This document shows, piece after piece, positions 38,747 through 49,397 of a DNA stretch of 64,000 bases. The stretch lies in assembly GCA_050014515.1 (NCBI GenBank), contig JBEKDE010000005.1, positions 41,779-105,778 of the forward strand, in the 5' to 3' direction. Under the pieces are notes generated by a model, which saw nothing but the letters and a program-made list of their open reading frames with translations, was not told where the DNA came from and did no database searches. Position numbers and translations under genes: made by a program. Position 1 is the first letter of the stretch. Each line of letters starts with the position of its first letter. The stretch comes from Terracidiphilus sp. Lineage in GTDB: Bacteria; Acidobacteriota; Terriglobia; Terriglobales; Acidobacteriaceae.

Positions 38747-39319
38747 CTAGTTCACGGTGGGCGGAAGCATGAGCGGTTTGCGCGGGCCCATCTCTTCGCG
38801 GACCAGGGTGAGGCCGAGGATGCAGCGCTCGAAGCCGTCGGAGAGGCGGGCGAAGAGTGGGGCTTCCTGTTCGTATTCAAAGAGGTTGAACTGGCTGACG
38901 ATGAAGTAGCTCTGCTTGCCGGCCTGGATGAGTTCGCCGAGGCTGGGTTGATGGCGGCGCAGGCGGCGCGCGGAACCGGTGGCCTCTGGATACATGCCGG
39001 CGGTGAACAGGGCGTAGTCGCCGATGTGCTTGCGCAGGGCGCGCTCGGCATCGAAGCTGGGTGCGGAGCCGTGGACGGGGTCGGCGGCGAGCATCATGTC
39101 CGTGAGCTCTTCGATGGGGCGGCCGACTTCATCGCGCACCTTGTAGAGCTTGTCGGACTGAGAGAATTCGCAAAGCAGATGCGCCACGTAGTTGGTGACG
39201 TCAGGATCGTGGAGGCCGAGCTTGCCCTCGTAGCTGTTGCGGACCATCTGCTGAAAGAAGGGTTCAAGTGGATGGGGCTGGGCTGAAGGATTTTGGGCTG
39301 GATTGTTCTGGGCCTGCAT
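38747..39319 (-). CDS. Conserved hypothetical protein
   Basis: YVAHLL, LRKHIGDYALFTAGMYPE, GKQSY; GC3-biased codons. Confidence 0.75.
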   Translation of the reverse strand: MQAQNNPAQNPSAQPHPLEPFFQQMVRNSYEGKLGLHDPDVTNYVAHLLCEFSQSDKLYKVRDEVGRPIEELTDMMLAADPVHGSAPSFDAERALRKHIGDYALFTAGMYPEATGSARRLRRHQPSLGELIQAGKQSYFIVSQFNLFEYEQEAPLFARLSDGFERCILGLTLVREEMGPRKPLMLPPTVN

Positions 39320-39552
39320 ACACACCTCCCATGGCCGCACGCGCAGCCATCTGCTTGAGGCGATGGCCGGGGGCTCTCGGAGTGCAGCCGGGGAATCCAG
39401 CCACTGCCTATTTATCTTTCTGTAACACTGAGCTTAGCGGATAAGTTGCGAATAACAAGGGGTGGGGATCAAGTTTGTTAGCAGAGGGACGGATTGATTG
39501 CTCTTTCGCCGTCTCTTGGATAGCCGGGGGTGGGGATTGGCTGGGCTCTTCA

Positions 39553-39680
39553 CCGCGTCCCTACAGGACGCGAAGGCTTCATCAGGGTGCATTCCCAGGG
39601 CTGCGCTTTGCTTGCCCGGGGCTATTCTCGTGCTGTCCCTACGGGACGCGGCCAGCTGCGGCGGGGCAGACGGTCGCTAT
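39553..39680 (+). repeat. ~130-bp REP-like element, copy of 21168-21297
   Basis: Shared ccgcgtccc..ggacgcgaaggcttcat..ttcccaggg..gcttgccc.gggctattctc..tgtcccta.gggac..ggcagacg..cgctat. Confidence 0.8.
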
Positions 39681-39758
39681 CCGCTGGCACGGGATTCGTG
39701 CTTTCACGTGCCCCAGAAACAGGATATGGTGCACCCACTGAATTGAGGAGTAGCAAAC

Positions 39759-39790
39759 ACAAAGGGCAGCTATGTTGGGCTGCCCTTTGT
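39759..39790. terminator. Bidirectional intrinsic terminator downstream of tal
   Basis: Perfect 12-bp stem ACAAAGGGCAGC / GCTGCCCTTTGT. Confidence 0.75.
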
Positions 39791-39809
39791 AGTGCGAGTT
39801 TTGCTGCGA

Positions 39810-40823
39810 TTACACTGTTGCCGGGGTGCGGGACTCCAGCTCGGCGAGGCGCTTGGCCAGCAGGGTTTCGAGTTTGACGAGCGCGGCTGAGAAGCCTTCA
39901 ATGCCTTCTTTCAGCTTGTCAGTGGCCATGCGGTCGGCGGCGTGCATGGCGTCGAATGTAGCCTTGTCGATGTCGAGTTTGACGATGACCAGCGATTTGG
40001 CGGCTTCGGGATCGAGCTTGCGGGGCAGGTCGCCTTCAGTGGCCTCGAGCTCGGCCAGAAGCTGCGGGGAGATGGTGAGCAGGTCGCTTCCCGCCAGTTC
40101 CTTGATCTCGCCTATGTTGCGGAAGCTGGCTCCCATGACCTGGGTTTTGTAGCCGAATTTCTTGTAGTAGTTGAAAACCTTGGTGACGGATTGCACGCCG
40201 GGATCGTCGGCGCCCTGGTAGTCCTTGCCGGTGTCTTTCTTGTACCAGTCGAGGATGCGGCCGACGAAGGGTGAGACGAGGGTGACGCCGGCGTCCGCTG
40301 CGGCGATCGCCTGATGCAAGCCGAAGAGCAACGTGAGGTTGCAGTGAATGCCTTCCTTCTCGAGAACTTCAGCGGCGCGGATGCCTTCCCAGGTGGAGGC
40401 GATCTTGATGAGGATGCGGTTGCGGCCGATACCGGCGTGGTCGTATTCGGCAATGATCTTGTGGGCCTGGGCGATGGTGGCCTCGGTGTCGTAGGAGAGG
40501 CGTGCGTCCACTTCAGTGGAGACGCGGCCGGGAACGATGGCCAGGATCTTTTTGCCGAAGGCGATGGCCAGGCGCTGGAATGCCAAATTGGCCACAGCCT
40601 GGTCGGTCGCGCCCTCGCCCAGCTCGTTGCGCGCATCTTTGAGCACGCCGTCGACGATGGGCTGGTATTGGGGCATCTGGGCGGCGGCGGTGATGAGCGA
40701 GGGATTGGTGGTGGCGTCCTGGGGACGGAACTTCTCCATGGCTTCGATGTCGCCGGTGTCGGCTACGACCACGGTGTACTGGCGCAACTGGGCAAGTAAG
40801 GTCCTGGGTAGATTTTGCGGCAT
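39810..40823 (-). CDS. tal: Transaldolase
   Basis: [61 protein letters not shown]. Confidence 0.97.
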   Translation of the reverse strand: MPQNLPRTLLAQLRQYTVVVADTGDIEAMEKFRPQDATTNPSLITAAAQMPQYQPIVDGVLKDARNELGEGATDQAVANLAFQRLAIAFGKKILAIVPGRVSTEVDARLSYDTEATIAQAHKIIAEYDHAGIGRNRILIKIASTWEGIRAAEVLEKEGIHCNLTLLFGLHQAIAAADAGVTLVSPFVGRILDWYKKDTGKDYQGADDPGVQSVTKVFNYYKKFGYKTQVMGASFRNIGEIKELAGSDLLTISPQLLAELEATEGDLPRKLDPEAAKSLVIVKLDIDKATFDAMHAADRMATDKLKEGIEGFSAALVKLETLLAKRLAELESRTPATV

Positions 40824-40965
40824 GATTTCCTCCTGGGGACGGGCGCTCGGGGCTCGGGGCGCTATCGAACTTAGTGTACAGCTACTTGGATGCGGAAAAT
40901 CTACTGGAGTTCCATCCGGCAGGGATTGGCACCGCTTTTTCCGTCTGGTCGAGTAAAATGTCGCG

Positions 40966-41685
40966 ATGCAGTTTCTCGGCGATTTAGATGGACCTACGGT
41001 CATTTTGGCTGGTCTGAGCGTTGTGTTGGCTTGCGCGTTCCTTGGATTGCTTTGGGGCAGCTATGGGGGCAGGTGGCCGAGGGGCAATGGAGCAGTCCTG
41101 GGAGTTCTGCTGGCAATTGCATTTTTCTGTTTCGTGCGCATCTACGACGCATACTGCCCGGACGCCGACCAGCCGCATATCAAGCTGACAGGGCCAATCA
41201 CTCCGTTCAAGAACTATAACTACAAAGTCTCCAGCGGTAGACATTCGAGCACTCGGAGAGGGCTTCTGGTGTGTATCGGACCATACAGCGCGCAGGTTCC
41301 ACTGATGGAATTTAACGCAGGGGCTATGAACAGCATTACGGGAAGAGATCTATCCCGTGATTACACGGTGACTTACCTGGGACGGAAAGAACCGGCAGAT
41401 CTTGGGAATGGCTATGCGATCACCGCTCATCCGGCGGTCGAAGTCGATGATTCAAGCTCAGGCGAGCGCATTTTTTATATAGACACCAGAAGGCACTGGC
41501 CGCGAGTGATCATTCTGGTGGCAGGAGGATTGATTTGCCTGCTCACCGTGGTTATCTGTTTGATGCGCAGTGGTTCCGTTTCCGCTGGAGACGACGGAAG
41601 CAGCTCGCAGGATGACGGAAACGATTCCAGTGTGAATGATCTGACAGGGCTGGGGTTGGAGAGCGGAGAGCCGGGTAAATCCTAG
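40966..41685 (+). CDS. Hypothetical membrane protein
   Basis: Two N-terminal TMs, a soluble domain, a C-terminal TM and an acidic tail; atypical codon usage. Confidence 0.6.
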   Translation: MQFLGDLDGPTVILAGLSVVLACAFLGLLWGSYGGRWPRGNGAVLGVLLAIAFFCFVRIYDAYCPDADQPHIKLTGPITPFKNYNYKVSSGRHSSTRRGLLVCIGPYSAQVPLMEFNAGAMNSITGRDLSRDYTVTYLGRKEPADLGNGYAITAHPAVEVDDSSSGERIFYIDTRRHWPRVIILVAGGLICLLTVVICLMRSGSVSAGDDGSSSQDDGNDSSVNDLTGLGLESGEPGKS

Positions 41686-41816
41686 TTGGGACGGCTTGCC
41701 GCTGAGGATCAACGCTTTCTTATGTCTCAGAAGTCAGACCTGGAGCACCCGTTAGGCAAGTTCACACCGCATTAACCGCGCTCCCGGCTTCGGCATGCCG
41801 CGAACTTGCAATCATT

Positions 41817-43430
41817 TCAAGTCGTGGTTTGCTGCAGCTCCAGAAGGTTGGCTGGCGAGGAGGGCCCCTCCGGGCTCCCGGGCTCCCAAGGGGGTTGAGC
41901 TTCCACGCGGTTTCGGCCCAGGTCTTTGGCACGGTAGAGGGCTTCGTCGGCGCGGGAGACCAAGGTTTCAAGGGGCAGATCGCGCACTGCGTGAAGCGAG
42001 GCGATGCCTATGCTGAGAGTTGTCTTGCTGTTCTCAGTCTCAAACTTATGCGCGCTAAAGCGGTCGCGCAACCCTTCAGCCAAAGCGGAGGCTTTTTGAG
42101 GAGGCACACCCGGCAGCAGGAGGGCGAACTCATCTCCGCCGAGGCGTGCGCAATGGCTGCCGGCAACGCTCGCTGAAAGTGTTTCCAGGTCTCTGGCCAA
42201 AGCGATGAGAACCTTGTCGCCGTGCAGATGTCCATGGAAGTCGTTCGCCTGCTTAAAGTAATCGATATCGGCCAACAACAGCGAGAGATCTTCGCCGGGT
42301 AGGGAGGGCAGGTTGCTAAAGGCCCCGGCGAGCGAGCGGCGATTGCCGATGCCGGTGAGGTGATCCCGGATGGCGAGGCCCTCGAGCTGCTCATTGCGGG
42401 TTTGCAGCAGAGCCTTGTCGTGCATGACCTGTGCCTGCAGCAATCCGGTGCGCACCACATAGCACAGGAGCGAAATGGTGATGGCGATGGCGGCGAGCGT
42501 TACAGAGATTTGCAGCACAAAGAGGCCGAGCATGAGGTTGACCAGCGCCAGAAACGAGGGCATCAGGCTGCGTACCATCAGGCTGGTAGCAACCGGTTTA
42601 GCAGCCGTCGCGGATTCAGACGAGGGACTGGAGTAGAGCATGTACAGGGCGAAGCCGACGATTACTGCGACCCCAGGCACATCCCACAGGCTGCAGTAGC
42701 CGTAATGAAACCAGATATAGCCGACCTGGTCTGAGAGGAAATATCCCAGCAGGCGGAAGCCAAGGAACCAGGAAAGCGTGCGCAGGAAGTAGAGCTCTGC
42801 GCGCGACGCTGCACCCAGGCCGGCGACCGTCGGGACCAGGAACAAGAAGAGCGCCATGAGCTGGGAGATGAGCAGGTGATTGGTGGTGAAGTGATCGCGC
42901 GTGACTGGGGAGTAGACGAGGATGAAACGGAGCAGGAAGAAGAGCAGGAATTGGAGCGTATCCACCAGGACCACCCAGCGGGAGACGCCGGCGAAGAAAA
43001 GCACGACGGCCAGCAGGACCAGGGCTTCGGTGGCGTTGAAGCAGGCAGTCTGGAGCATCCTTGCGGCAGGTGTATTGAAGATGAATTCGGTGAAGGACGG
43101 CGCATAAGCGATGGCATCCACCAGCGCGGCAGCGGAGACCAGCGCCCAGCGAATGCGGAGGTCGCCCCTGGCAGAGCGCGCGCGGGTCCAGAGGGAGGCT
43201 GCACAGGCGAGGAAAGCCGTGGTGAGACTGAGGTAGCCGATGCCTGCCCCGGTTATTGTATTCGCCGGCGACATGGCTGCAAAGACGCAACAGGCGAGGA
43301 CGGCTGCGGCCATGATGAGATTCAGGATTAAGGGACGGCGCAACCGCTCTGATTTTGCGCATTCAAAGTCAGTGATGGCAAGCCCAATGGGCGCGGGTTG
43401 GGCGCGATCAGATCCGAGAGAATCTTTCAT
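41817..43430 (-). CDS. Membrane-bound diguanylate cyclase (GGDEF)
   Basis: About 9 TMs, then DHLTGIGNRR, DIDYFKQAND..GH..GD, RLGGDEF, TLSIGIA, AKDLGRN. Confidence 0.9.
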   Translation of the reverse strand: MKDSLGSDRAQPAPIGLAITDFECAKSERLRRPLILNLIMAAAVLACCVFAAMSPANTITGAGIGYLSLTTAFLACAASLWTRARSARGDLRIRWALVSAAALVDAIAYAPSFTEFIFNTPAARMLQTACFNATEALVLLAVVLFFAGVSRWVVLVDTLQFLLFFLLRFILVYSPVTRDHFTTNHLLISQLMALFLFLVPTVAGLGAASRAELYFLRTLSWFLGFRLLGYFLSDQVGYIWFHYGYCSLWDVPGVAVIVGFALYMLYSSPSSESATAAKPVATSLMVRSLMPSFLALVNLMLGLFVLQISVTLAAIAITISLLCYVVRTGLLQAQVMHDKALLQTRNEQLEGLAIRDHLTGIGNRRSLAGAFSNLPSLPGEDLSLLLADIDYFKQANDFHGHLHGDKVLIALARDLETLSASVAGSHCARLGGDEFALLLPGVPPQKASALAEGLRDRFSAHKFETENSKTTLSIGIASLHAVRDLPLETLVSRADEALYRAKDLGRNRVEAQPPWEPGSPEGPSSPANLLELQQTTT

Positions 43431-43511
43431 AATTCGGCTTCCAGGGAAAGAAGGTCCAAAAAATCGCAAGGCTATTAAACCGGAACATCGAGGGGAAGAG
43501 ATTATTCAATA

Positions 43512-43521
43512 GTAACGTTAC
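43512..43521. promoter_or_regulatory. Perfect palindrome GTAACGTTAC, candidate operator
   Basis: In an AT-rich patch about 80 bp upstream of the GGDEF start. Confidence 0.35.
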
Positions 43522-43621
43522 CGCGGATTACCAGCACAGAAAATAACACGAATGGAGTACCGCCGATGGAACGCCCGGCGATGGAACGGGCTCGCAGGCG
43601 CTGGCGTGTACAGGCTCACTC

Positions 43622-44449
43622 CTAGTCTAGTTGCACGGCATTCATCAGTGTGCCGAGGCCTGGGATGGTGACTTCTACGCGGTCGCCGGGGGCAAGCGGG
43701 CCAACACCGGCGGGGGTTCCGGTGAGCAGAATGTCGCCGGGCTCGAGGGTGATGGCGGCGGTAATGTAGGCGAGCAATTCCGGAATTCCGAAGATGAAAT
43801 CGAGGTTCGAGCCGTGCTGGCGGAGCTCGCCATTGACGCGAGTTTCGATTGTCAGGCCGGCCTCGAGATCGAGTTCATCGCTGACGAAGGGGCCGACGGG
43901 GCAGAAGGTGTCAAAGCCCTTGGCGCGGGTCCATTGGCCATCTTTCTTCTGCAGGTCACGGGCTGTGATGTCATTGGCCAGGGTGTAGCCGCGGACGACG
44001 GAGCGCCAGTCGGCTCCGGCGGGAAATTTGGTGACGCGGGCGCCGATTACTAGCGCCAGTTCTCCTTCATAGTCGACGCGCGAGGATGCGGCAGGCATGT
44101 GGACGATGCCGTTGGGAGCGAGCAGCGATGAAGGCGGCTTGAAGAAAAGCAATGGCTCGGTGGGAACTTCATTGCCAAGTTCTTTGGCGTGGTCGCGATA
44201 GTTGCGGCCGACGCAAACGATCTTGGACGGCGTGACGGGCGGCAACAGTTGCGCAGCGCTGAGCGGCAACGGCTCGAAGGCGAGGGAGGCGACATCAAGA
44301 GACGGAACTGCGGCGCGGCTGTGGGCTAGATGAAAGGCCAGGTCTTCTTCGGGGGCGTTGACGAGATCGACGATCCAGAGTTCGCTGTTGCGCTCTTCCA
44401 CGACGCCGTAGTGAGGCTGGTTATCGAGCAGAAAGCGGCAGTATTTCAT
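43622..44449 (-). CDS. Fumarylacetoacetate hydrolase family protein
   Basis: KIVCVGRNY, FFKPPSS, DYEGEL, NDITARD, KGFDTFCP, LTGTPAG. Confidence 0.92.
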   Translation of the reverse strand: MKYCRFLLDNQPHYGVVEERNSELWIVDLVNAPEEDLAFHLAHSRAAVPSLDVASLAFEPLPLSAAQLLPPVTPSKIVCVGRNYRDHAKELGNEVPTEPLLFFKPPSSLLAPNGIVHMPAASSRVDYEGELALVIGARVTKFPAGADWRSVVRGYTLANDITARDLQKKDGQWTRAKGFDTFCPVGPFVSDELDLEAGLTIETRVNGELRQHGSNLDFIFGIPELLAYITAAITLEPGDILLTGTPAGVGPLAPGDRVEVTIPGLGTLMNAVQLD

Positions 44450-44476
44450 GGGAGTTTTCCTCGTGGGTCTAGCGCG

Positions 44477-45610
44477 TCAGGGGTTTGGCACTGTTTCTTC
44501 AGTCTCGGCGGAGCGTGCGCTTTGATGGCCGCCCTGATCGATGGCGGATACGGCATAGCGGTAGGTGTGGCCGGGCTCGACCTGCACATCGTGGAAGCCT
44601 GGCGGGACGACGGGCTGGGCGGGCGAGATGCGCTGCCAGGGGGTGTCGCCTTCGCGGCGATAGACTGCGTAGCCGGCGAGATCGGTGTCGGTCACCGGTT
44701 GCCAACTCAGGTCGATTGCGGTTTCGGTTCCGGCCTGGCCGAGGGTTGCGACTGCGGCGAGGCCAGTGGGAACGGCGGGCGGAAAGACGTCGAGGGCTTC
44801 GACACGGATGGGATCGGAGAGAGGACCAGCCAGCTCCAGCGTCTTGTTGCCCACGGTTATGCGAGCGACGCGCTGGGCGCGATACCTGTACGTTTCGCCG
44901 AAGCGGATGGCCTTGTCCAGTGCGCGGTTGGCCTGGCTCGGATCGGAAGCTGGCTCGACCAGAAGATTTTGTTCGATGGGTTCGGATGCTGGGGACAGCG
45001 GTCCCTGCTCGGTCTTCGGTTTTTCTACGGGCGTTAGAAGCTCGCGGTGCAGGCGAATGGCAGTGAGCGCTTGCTGCGGTGCGGGATCCCAGTGGAGCAC
45101 GACGCCGGCTTTAATGACGGTTGCGGTGAGGCCGGCTATGGGCGGGGGTGCCTGGCCGGCGAGGACGACTGCGGGGTTGGAAAGGCCGGCTGAGCGTCCG
45201 TTGCGGTTGACGAGTTCAACAAAGTAGGTGAGGGAACGCGGGGCGCCTGCGGCGAGGTTTGTCGGCAGGGTTTCAGTGAAGGCGCCGGCGGCGTTGGGAG
45301 CTAAAAGCAGATTGGCCGGGGCCTGAACGCAGGAGCCGCTGACTTCCTTCCGGCAGACATGAACTAGAATGTTGCCTTTCAGCAGCAGCTTGTCAGTGTT
45401 TTTACGGGGCATCTTCCAGGTGAGGGTCACCAGGTCGCCGGTACGGGTGGCGGCCAGGTTGTTGACCAATTCGGGCAGATTAAGCGACGGCGGCTGGGGC
45501 GCGCCGGGAGTGCCGCAACCGGAGAGGACAAGCGCGATACCGAACCCGGCGAAACCTAACGCCACGAGTGACGGCAATTTTGATTGTCCCCATTTGCGCG
45601 CAGGTGTCAT
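44477..45610 (-). CDS. Lipoprotein with fibronectin type III domains
   Basis: Lipobox LSGC then GTPGAPQPPS; Fn3 signatures (LSWQP, YAVYRR, YRYAVSAID). Confidence 0.8.
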   Translation of the reverse strand: MTPARKWGQSKLPSLVALGFAGFGIALVLSGCGTPGAPQPPSLNLPELVNNLAATRTGDLVTLTWKMPRKNTDKLLLKGNILVHVCRKEVSGSCVQAPANLLLAPNAAGAFTETLPTNLAAGAPRSLTYFVELVNRNGRSAGLSNPAVVLAGQAPPPIAGLTATVIKAGVVLHWDPAPQQALTAIRLHRELLTPVEKPKTEQGPLSPASEPIEQNLLVEPASDPSQANRALDKAIRFGETYRYRAQRVARITVGNKTLELAGPLSDPIRVEALDVFPPAVPTGLAAVATLGQAGTETAIDLSWQPVTDTDLAGYAVYRREGDTPWQRISPAQPVVPPGFHDVQVEPGHTYRYAVSAIDQGGHQSARSAETEETVPNP

Positions 45611-45746
45611 TGCCCTTCCAGTCTACTGGAGGCGCGCGGGAGCGGGCACAGAAGGAAGTGGAGGAAAGACGCCGCGGGGTTTGCCGTATGCTTGCTGACG
45701 GCGCTGCCTGCTGATGAGAAGTGGGTGCGAAAGGGGAGATTCGCGC

Positions 45747-46961
45747 ATGAGTGTTGTGAAGGTGCGGCTGGCCGCGATGATGTTTCTGGAGTACTTCATC
45801 TGGGGCGCGTGGTACGTGACGGTGGTTACGTGGCTGGTAAAGACCCTGCATTTCAGCGGCGTGGAGGGCGGGCTGGTGGCGGGGACGACAGCGGTGGGAG
45901 CGATTGTTTCGCCATTCCTGGCGGGGTGGGTCGCGGATCGCTTCTTCGCTACACAGCATGTGCTGGCAGTGTTGCACGCGACGGGGGCGGTGCTGCTGTT
46001 TCTGGCGTCGGGACAGACCGTGTTTGGTCCGATTTACTGGCTGGTCCTCGCTTACGCGTGCGTCTATATGCCTACGCTGGCGCTGACCAATTCGCTGGCA
46101 TTCCGGCAGATGAAAGACCCCAAGGTGGAGTTTGGGTCGATCCGCGTGCTGGGGACCGCGGGCTGGATTGTTGCCGGGCTGATGGTGGGCGGGCTCAAGA
46201 TTGAGGCGACGGCGATGCCGCTGAAGCTGGCGGCGGGCTGCTCGCTGCTGCTGGCCGTTTATTCGCTTACGCTGCCGCATACTCCGCCTCTGAAGCGGCC
46301 AGATGGTTTCAAGTCAACTGAGGTTGTGGCGCCTGAGGCGGTGAGACTGCTCAAGGACAGGTCGTTTGCGGTATTTGTTGTCGCCAGCTTTCTCATCTGC
46401 ATTCCGCTGCAGTTTTATTACGCATTTACCAACACGTATCTGAATGAGATTGGGATCCAGAATGCAGCGGGGAAGATGACCGGTGGGCAGATGTCGGAGC
46501 TGGGATGCATGCTGCTGATCCCGTGGTTCTTCAGGCGGCTGGGCGTGAAGTACATGCTGATTGCGGGTATGAGCGCGTGGGCTCTTCGGTATGCGCTGTT
46601 CGCTTTTGGCAACGCAGGCTCGGCGATGTGGATGTTGTACCTCGGCATTTTGCTGCACGGGATCTGCTACGACTTTTTCTTTGTGACCGGACAAATTTAT
46701 GTGGACCGCAAGGCGCCTGTGGCTTACCGCGCGGCGGCGCAGGGGATGTTGACGCTGATTACCTATGGGGTGGGAATGCTGCTGGGTGCGTGGCTTTCGG
46801 GGCAGGTGGTGGACCATTACGCCACCTTGGCTGCAGACGGCTCGGCGACGCACGATTGGCGGCCTATATGGCTGATTGCGGGAGGGCTGTCGGCGGCGGT
46901 GCTGGTGCTGTTCTTCTTTGCGTTCAGGGATCGGGACGCCGAGGAGACTGCGGCCGGGTGA
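45747..46961 (+). CDS. MFS nucleoside:H+ symporter (NupG/XapB-like)
   Basis: MMFLEYFIWGAW, IRVLGTAGW, GQMSE, LHGICYDFFFVTGQIYVD. Confidence 0.9.
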   Translation: MSVVKVRLAAMMFLEYFIWGAWYVTVVTWLVKTLHFSGVEGGLVAGTTAVGAIVSPFLAGWVADRFFATQHVLAVLHATGAVLLFLASGQTVFGPIYWLVLAYACVYMPTLALTNSLAFRQMKDPKVEFGSIRVLGTAGWIVAGLMVGGLKIEATAMPLKLAAGCSLLLAVYSLTLPHTPPLKRPDGFKSTEVVAPEAVRLLKDRSFAVFVVASFLICIPLQFYYAFTNTYLNEIGIQNAAGKMTGGQMSELGCMLLIPWFFRRLGVKYMLIAGMSAWALRYALFAFGNAGSAMWMLYLGILLHGICYDFFFVTGQIYVDRKAPVAYRAAAQGMLTLITYGVGMLLGAWLSGQVVDHYATLAADGSATHDWRPIWLIAGGLSAAVLVLFFFAFRDRDAEETAAG

Positions 46962-46971
46962 TGGTCTCTCG

Positions 46972-48165
46972 CTACAGCTTGCGGAGGCGGGCGCAGGCGT
47001 CTTCGAGGTCGTTATCTTTCTTTGCGAAGCAGAAGCGCAACAGGTTTTCGCCGCGGCCGGAGCGGAAGAAGGCGGAGCCGGCTACAGAGGCTACGCCGGT
47101 TGCGGCTAACAGGCTGCGCGCTTTTTCCGCAGCGGTTTTGCCTTCCGCAGCGGTTTTGCCTTCGAGGCGCGTGGCGTCGGCCAGGACGTAATAGGCGCCA
47201 GCGGGGGTGGTGGGCTCGAGGCCGGCGTCGTGCAGCGCGGAGAGGATGCGGGTGCGCTTGTCTAGATGCGAGGCGGCCAGGTCGGTGTAAAAGCTGGGAG
47301 GAAGCTGCTCAAGGCCCGCGGCTGCGCCGTGCTGCAGGGGCGTAGGTGCGCAGACGTAGGTGAGGTCGTGGAAGTAGGCCATGGCGGGTATCCACTTGGC
47401 GTCGGCTGTGACGTAGCCAAGACGCCAGCCAGTTACGGAAAAGGTCTTGCTGAAGCCGGAGAGGATGATGGTGCGTTCGCGCATGCCGGGCAAGGTGGCC
47501 GGCGAGATGTGGCGCGCGCCGTCATAGACGAAGTACTCGTAAATCTCATCGGTAAAAACGAAAAGGTCGTGCTCGATGGCGAGGGCGGCGATGGATTCAA
47601 GCTCGGCCTGGGTAAAGACTTTTCCGCTGGGGTTGGCGGGGGTGTTGATGACGATAGCGCGGGTGCGCGGGGTGATAGCTGCGCGGAGGGCGTCGGTGTC
47701 GAGCGTGAAGTCGGGGTCGGCGAGCGGGACGAGGACGGGGTTGACGCGCATCGACTTGAGCGTGGAGACGTGGTAGCCGTAGAAGGGCTCGAAGAGCAGG
47801 ACCTCGTCGCCAGGATTGAGCAGGGCCATGGTGGCGGCGTGGAATCCGCCGGTGGCGCCGGAAGCGACCAGGACTTCGCCGTCGGGGTTGTAGGTGAGGC
47901 AGTAGTCTTTTTTCTGCTTCGCAGCAATGGCGTTGCGCAGGCGGGTGATGCCGTCGAGGCGCGCGTAGATGTTGTGGCCGGCATGGATGGCCGCGAGGGC
48001 CTCGGCTTCAACCACGGCGGGGACGGGTGTGTCGCACACGCCCTGAGCGAGATTGATGCCGCCGATGGCGTCGCAGGCGACGGACATGGCGCGGATTTCC
48101 GATTGAAAGACGCCGGGGGCGAGCTGGCTCAGGGACAGGCGCGATGGGGCGGAGGTGGTGGGCAT
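46972..48165 (-). CDS. PLP-dependent aminotransferase class I/II
   Basis: INLAQG, NTPANPSGKV, DEIYE, SGFSKTFSVTGWRLGY, LRFCF. Confidence 0.93.
   Translation of the reverse strand: MPTTSAPSRLSLSQLAPGVFQSEIRAMSVACDAIGGINLAQGVCDTPVPAVVEAEALAAIHAGHNIYARLDGITRLRNAIAAKQKKDYCLTYNPDGEVLVASGATGGFHAATMALLNPGDEVLLFEPFYGYHVSTLKSMRVNPVLVPLADPDFTLDTDALRAAITPRTRAIVINTPANPSGKVFTQAELESIAALAIEHDLFVFTDEIYEYFVYDGARHISPATLPGMRERTIILSGFSKTFSVTGWRLGYVTADAKWIPAMAYFHDLTYVCAPTPLQHGAAAGLEQLPPSFYTDLAASHLDKRTRILSALHDAGLEPTTPAGAYYVLADATRLEGKTAAEGKTAAEKARSLLAATGVASVAGSAFFRSGRGENLLRFCFAKKDNDLEDACARLRKL
47125..47160 (-). repeat. In-frame 18-bp tandem duplication (GKTAAE x2)
   Basis: ttccgcagcggttttgcc repeated exactly twice. 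Confidence 0.9.
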
Positions 48166-48327
48166 GGGGAAGAATCCTTGTTTTTCTATCTTATATTGAG
48201 ATTCGCTGGAGCGGAGTTAGCCGCCCGAGCGCCCGGGCATTCAAGAGAATGATTCGCCCGCGGCAGAAAGGCGGCTGTGACGAATGACCGGCGATCCGTT
48301 GTGAGCTGAGCGTAGAATTTGGTTCTT

Positions 48328-48714
48328 ATGCATGAGCTGTCGATTGTTTCGAGCGTGGTGGAGACGGTGATGGAGTCGCTGGCTCCGTATCCGGGAGCGC
48401 GGGTGGTGGAGGTGCGGCTCAGGGTGGGGGCGCTGTCGGCGGTGATTGAGGACAGCTTGCAGTTCTGTTTTGGGATTGCGGCGGAGGGGACGCCGCTTCA
48501 AAATGCGCGGCTGGTGGTGAACATTGTGCCCGTGGTGATGCATTGCGCGGGGTGCGGCGAGGATGTGGAACTGAAGAGCGTGCAAAGCTTCCGGTGCCCA
48601 AAATGCGATGCTCCCTGTTTTGATCTGCGGCACGGGCGCGAGCTGGAGATTGAGTCGTTTGAGATTGAAGAGGCTGGGAAAACGAGCGATCAAGAGATCG
48701 GGGTGAAGGCATGA
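48328..48714 (+). CDS. hypA: Hydrogenase nickel insertion protein HypA
   Basis: MHELS start, CAGC and CPKC Zn motifs, GRELEI. Confidence 0.95.
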   Translation: MHELSIVSSVVETVMESLAPYPGARVVEVRLRVGALSAVIEDSLQFCFGIAAEGTPLQNARLVVNIVPVVMHCAGCGEDVELKSVQSFRCPKCDAPCFDLRHGRELEIESFEIEEAGKTSDQEIGVKA

Positions 48715-49385
48715 CGACGCGCATTGTGGAGCTTCGGCGGGGGATTCTGAAGAAGAACGATGAGCTGGCGGCCGCTTTGCGAGGACGGTATGCGGAGGCT
48801 GGGGTGCTGGTGCTGAACCTGGTTTCCAGCCCGGGGACGGGGAAGACGGCGTTCCTCGAACGCACGTTGCGTGACTTGAAGGCGACAGGGGTTCGGGTTG
48901 CGGCGCTGGTGGGCGATTTGGAGACAGACAACGATGCGCGGCGACTGGCGGCGAGCGGCGCGCCAGTGCGACAGATCAATACGCATGGAATTTGCCACCT
49001 GGATGCGGAGATGATCGACAAACACTTGACCGGGTGGGAGGGCGTGGAACTCGGGGGCCTTGATTATCTGTTTATCGAGAACGTGGGGAACCTGGTTTGC
49101 CCGTCGAGCTACGATCTGGGAGAGAAGATTCGCGTGGCTCTGCTGTCTGTGACTGAGGGCGAGGACAAGCCGCTGAAGTATCCGACGCTGTTTAATTCGG
49201 CGGACGCGGCAGTGATTACGAAGATGGATATTGCGGAACCCTGCGGGTTCGACCGAGAACTGGCGCTGAGGAACATTAACGAGATTCGGCCGGGGATACG
49301 GATCTTTGAGACTTCGTCGAAGACGGGTGCGGGGATGGGGGAGTGGATGGATTATCTGGCGGAAGAGCGGGTGCGGCGCGTTTAA
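48711..49385 (+). CDS. hypB: Hydrogenase nickel-insertion GTPase HypB
   Basis: SSPGTGKT, GICHLDA, ENVGNLVCP, EGEDKPLKYP, TKMD. ATGA overlap with hypA. Confidence 0.96.
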   Translation: MTTRIVELRRGILKKNDELAAALRGRYAEAGVLVLNLVSSPGTGKTAFLERTLRDLKATGVRVAALVGDLETDNDARRLAASGAPVRQINTHGICHLDAEMIDKHLTGWEGVELGGLDYLFIENVGNLVCPSSYDLGEKIRVALLSVTEGEDKPLKYPTLFNSADAAVITKMDIAEPCGFDRELALRNINEIRPGIRIFETSSKTGAGMGEWMDYLAEERVRRV

Positions 49386-49397
49386 GGAGTAGAGGCG

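Noticed and set aside
45705-45745. Hammerhead-like CTGATGA...GAAA
   Set aside because: Stem II does not pair and there is no convincing stem I or III; likely chance.
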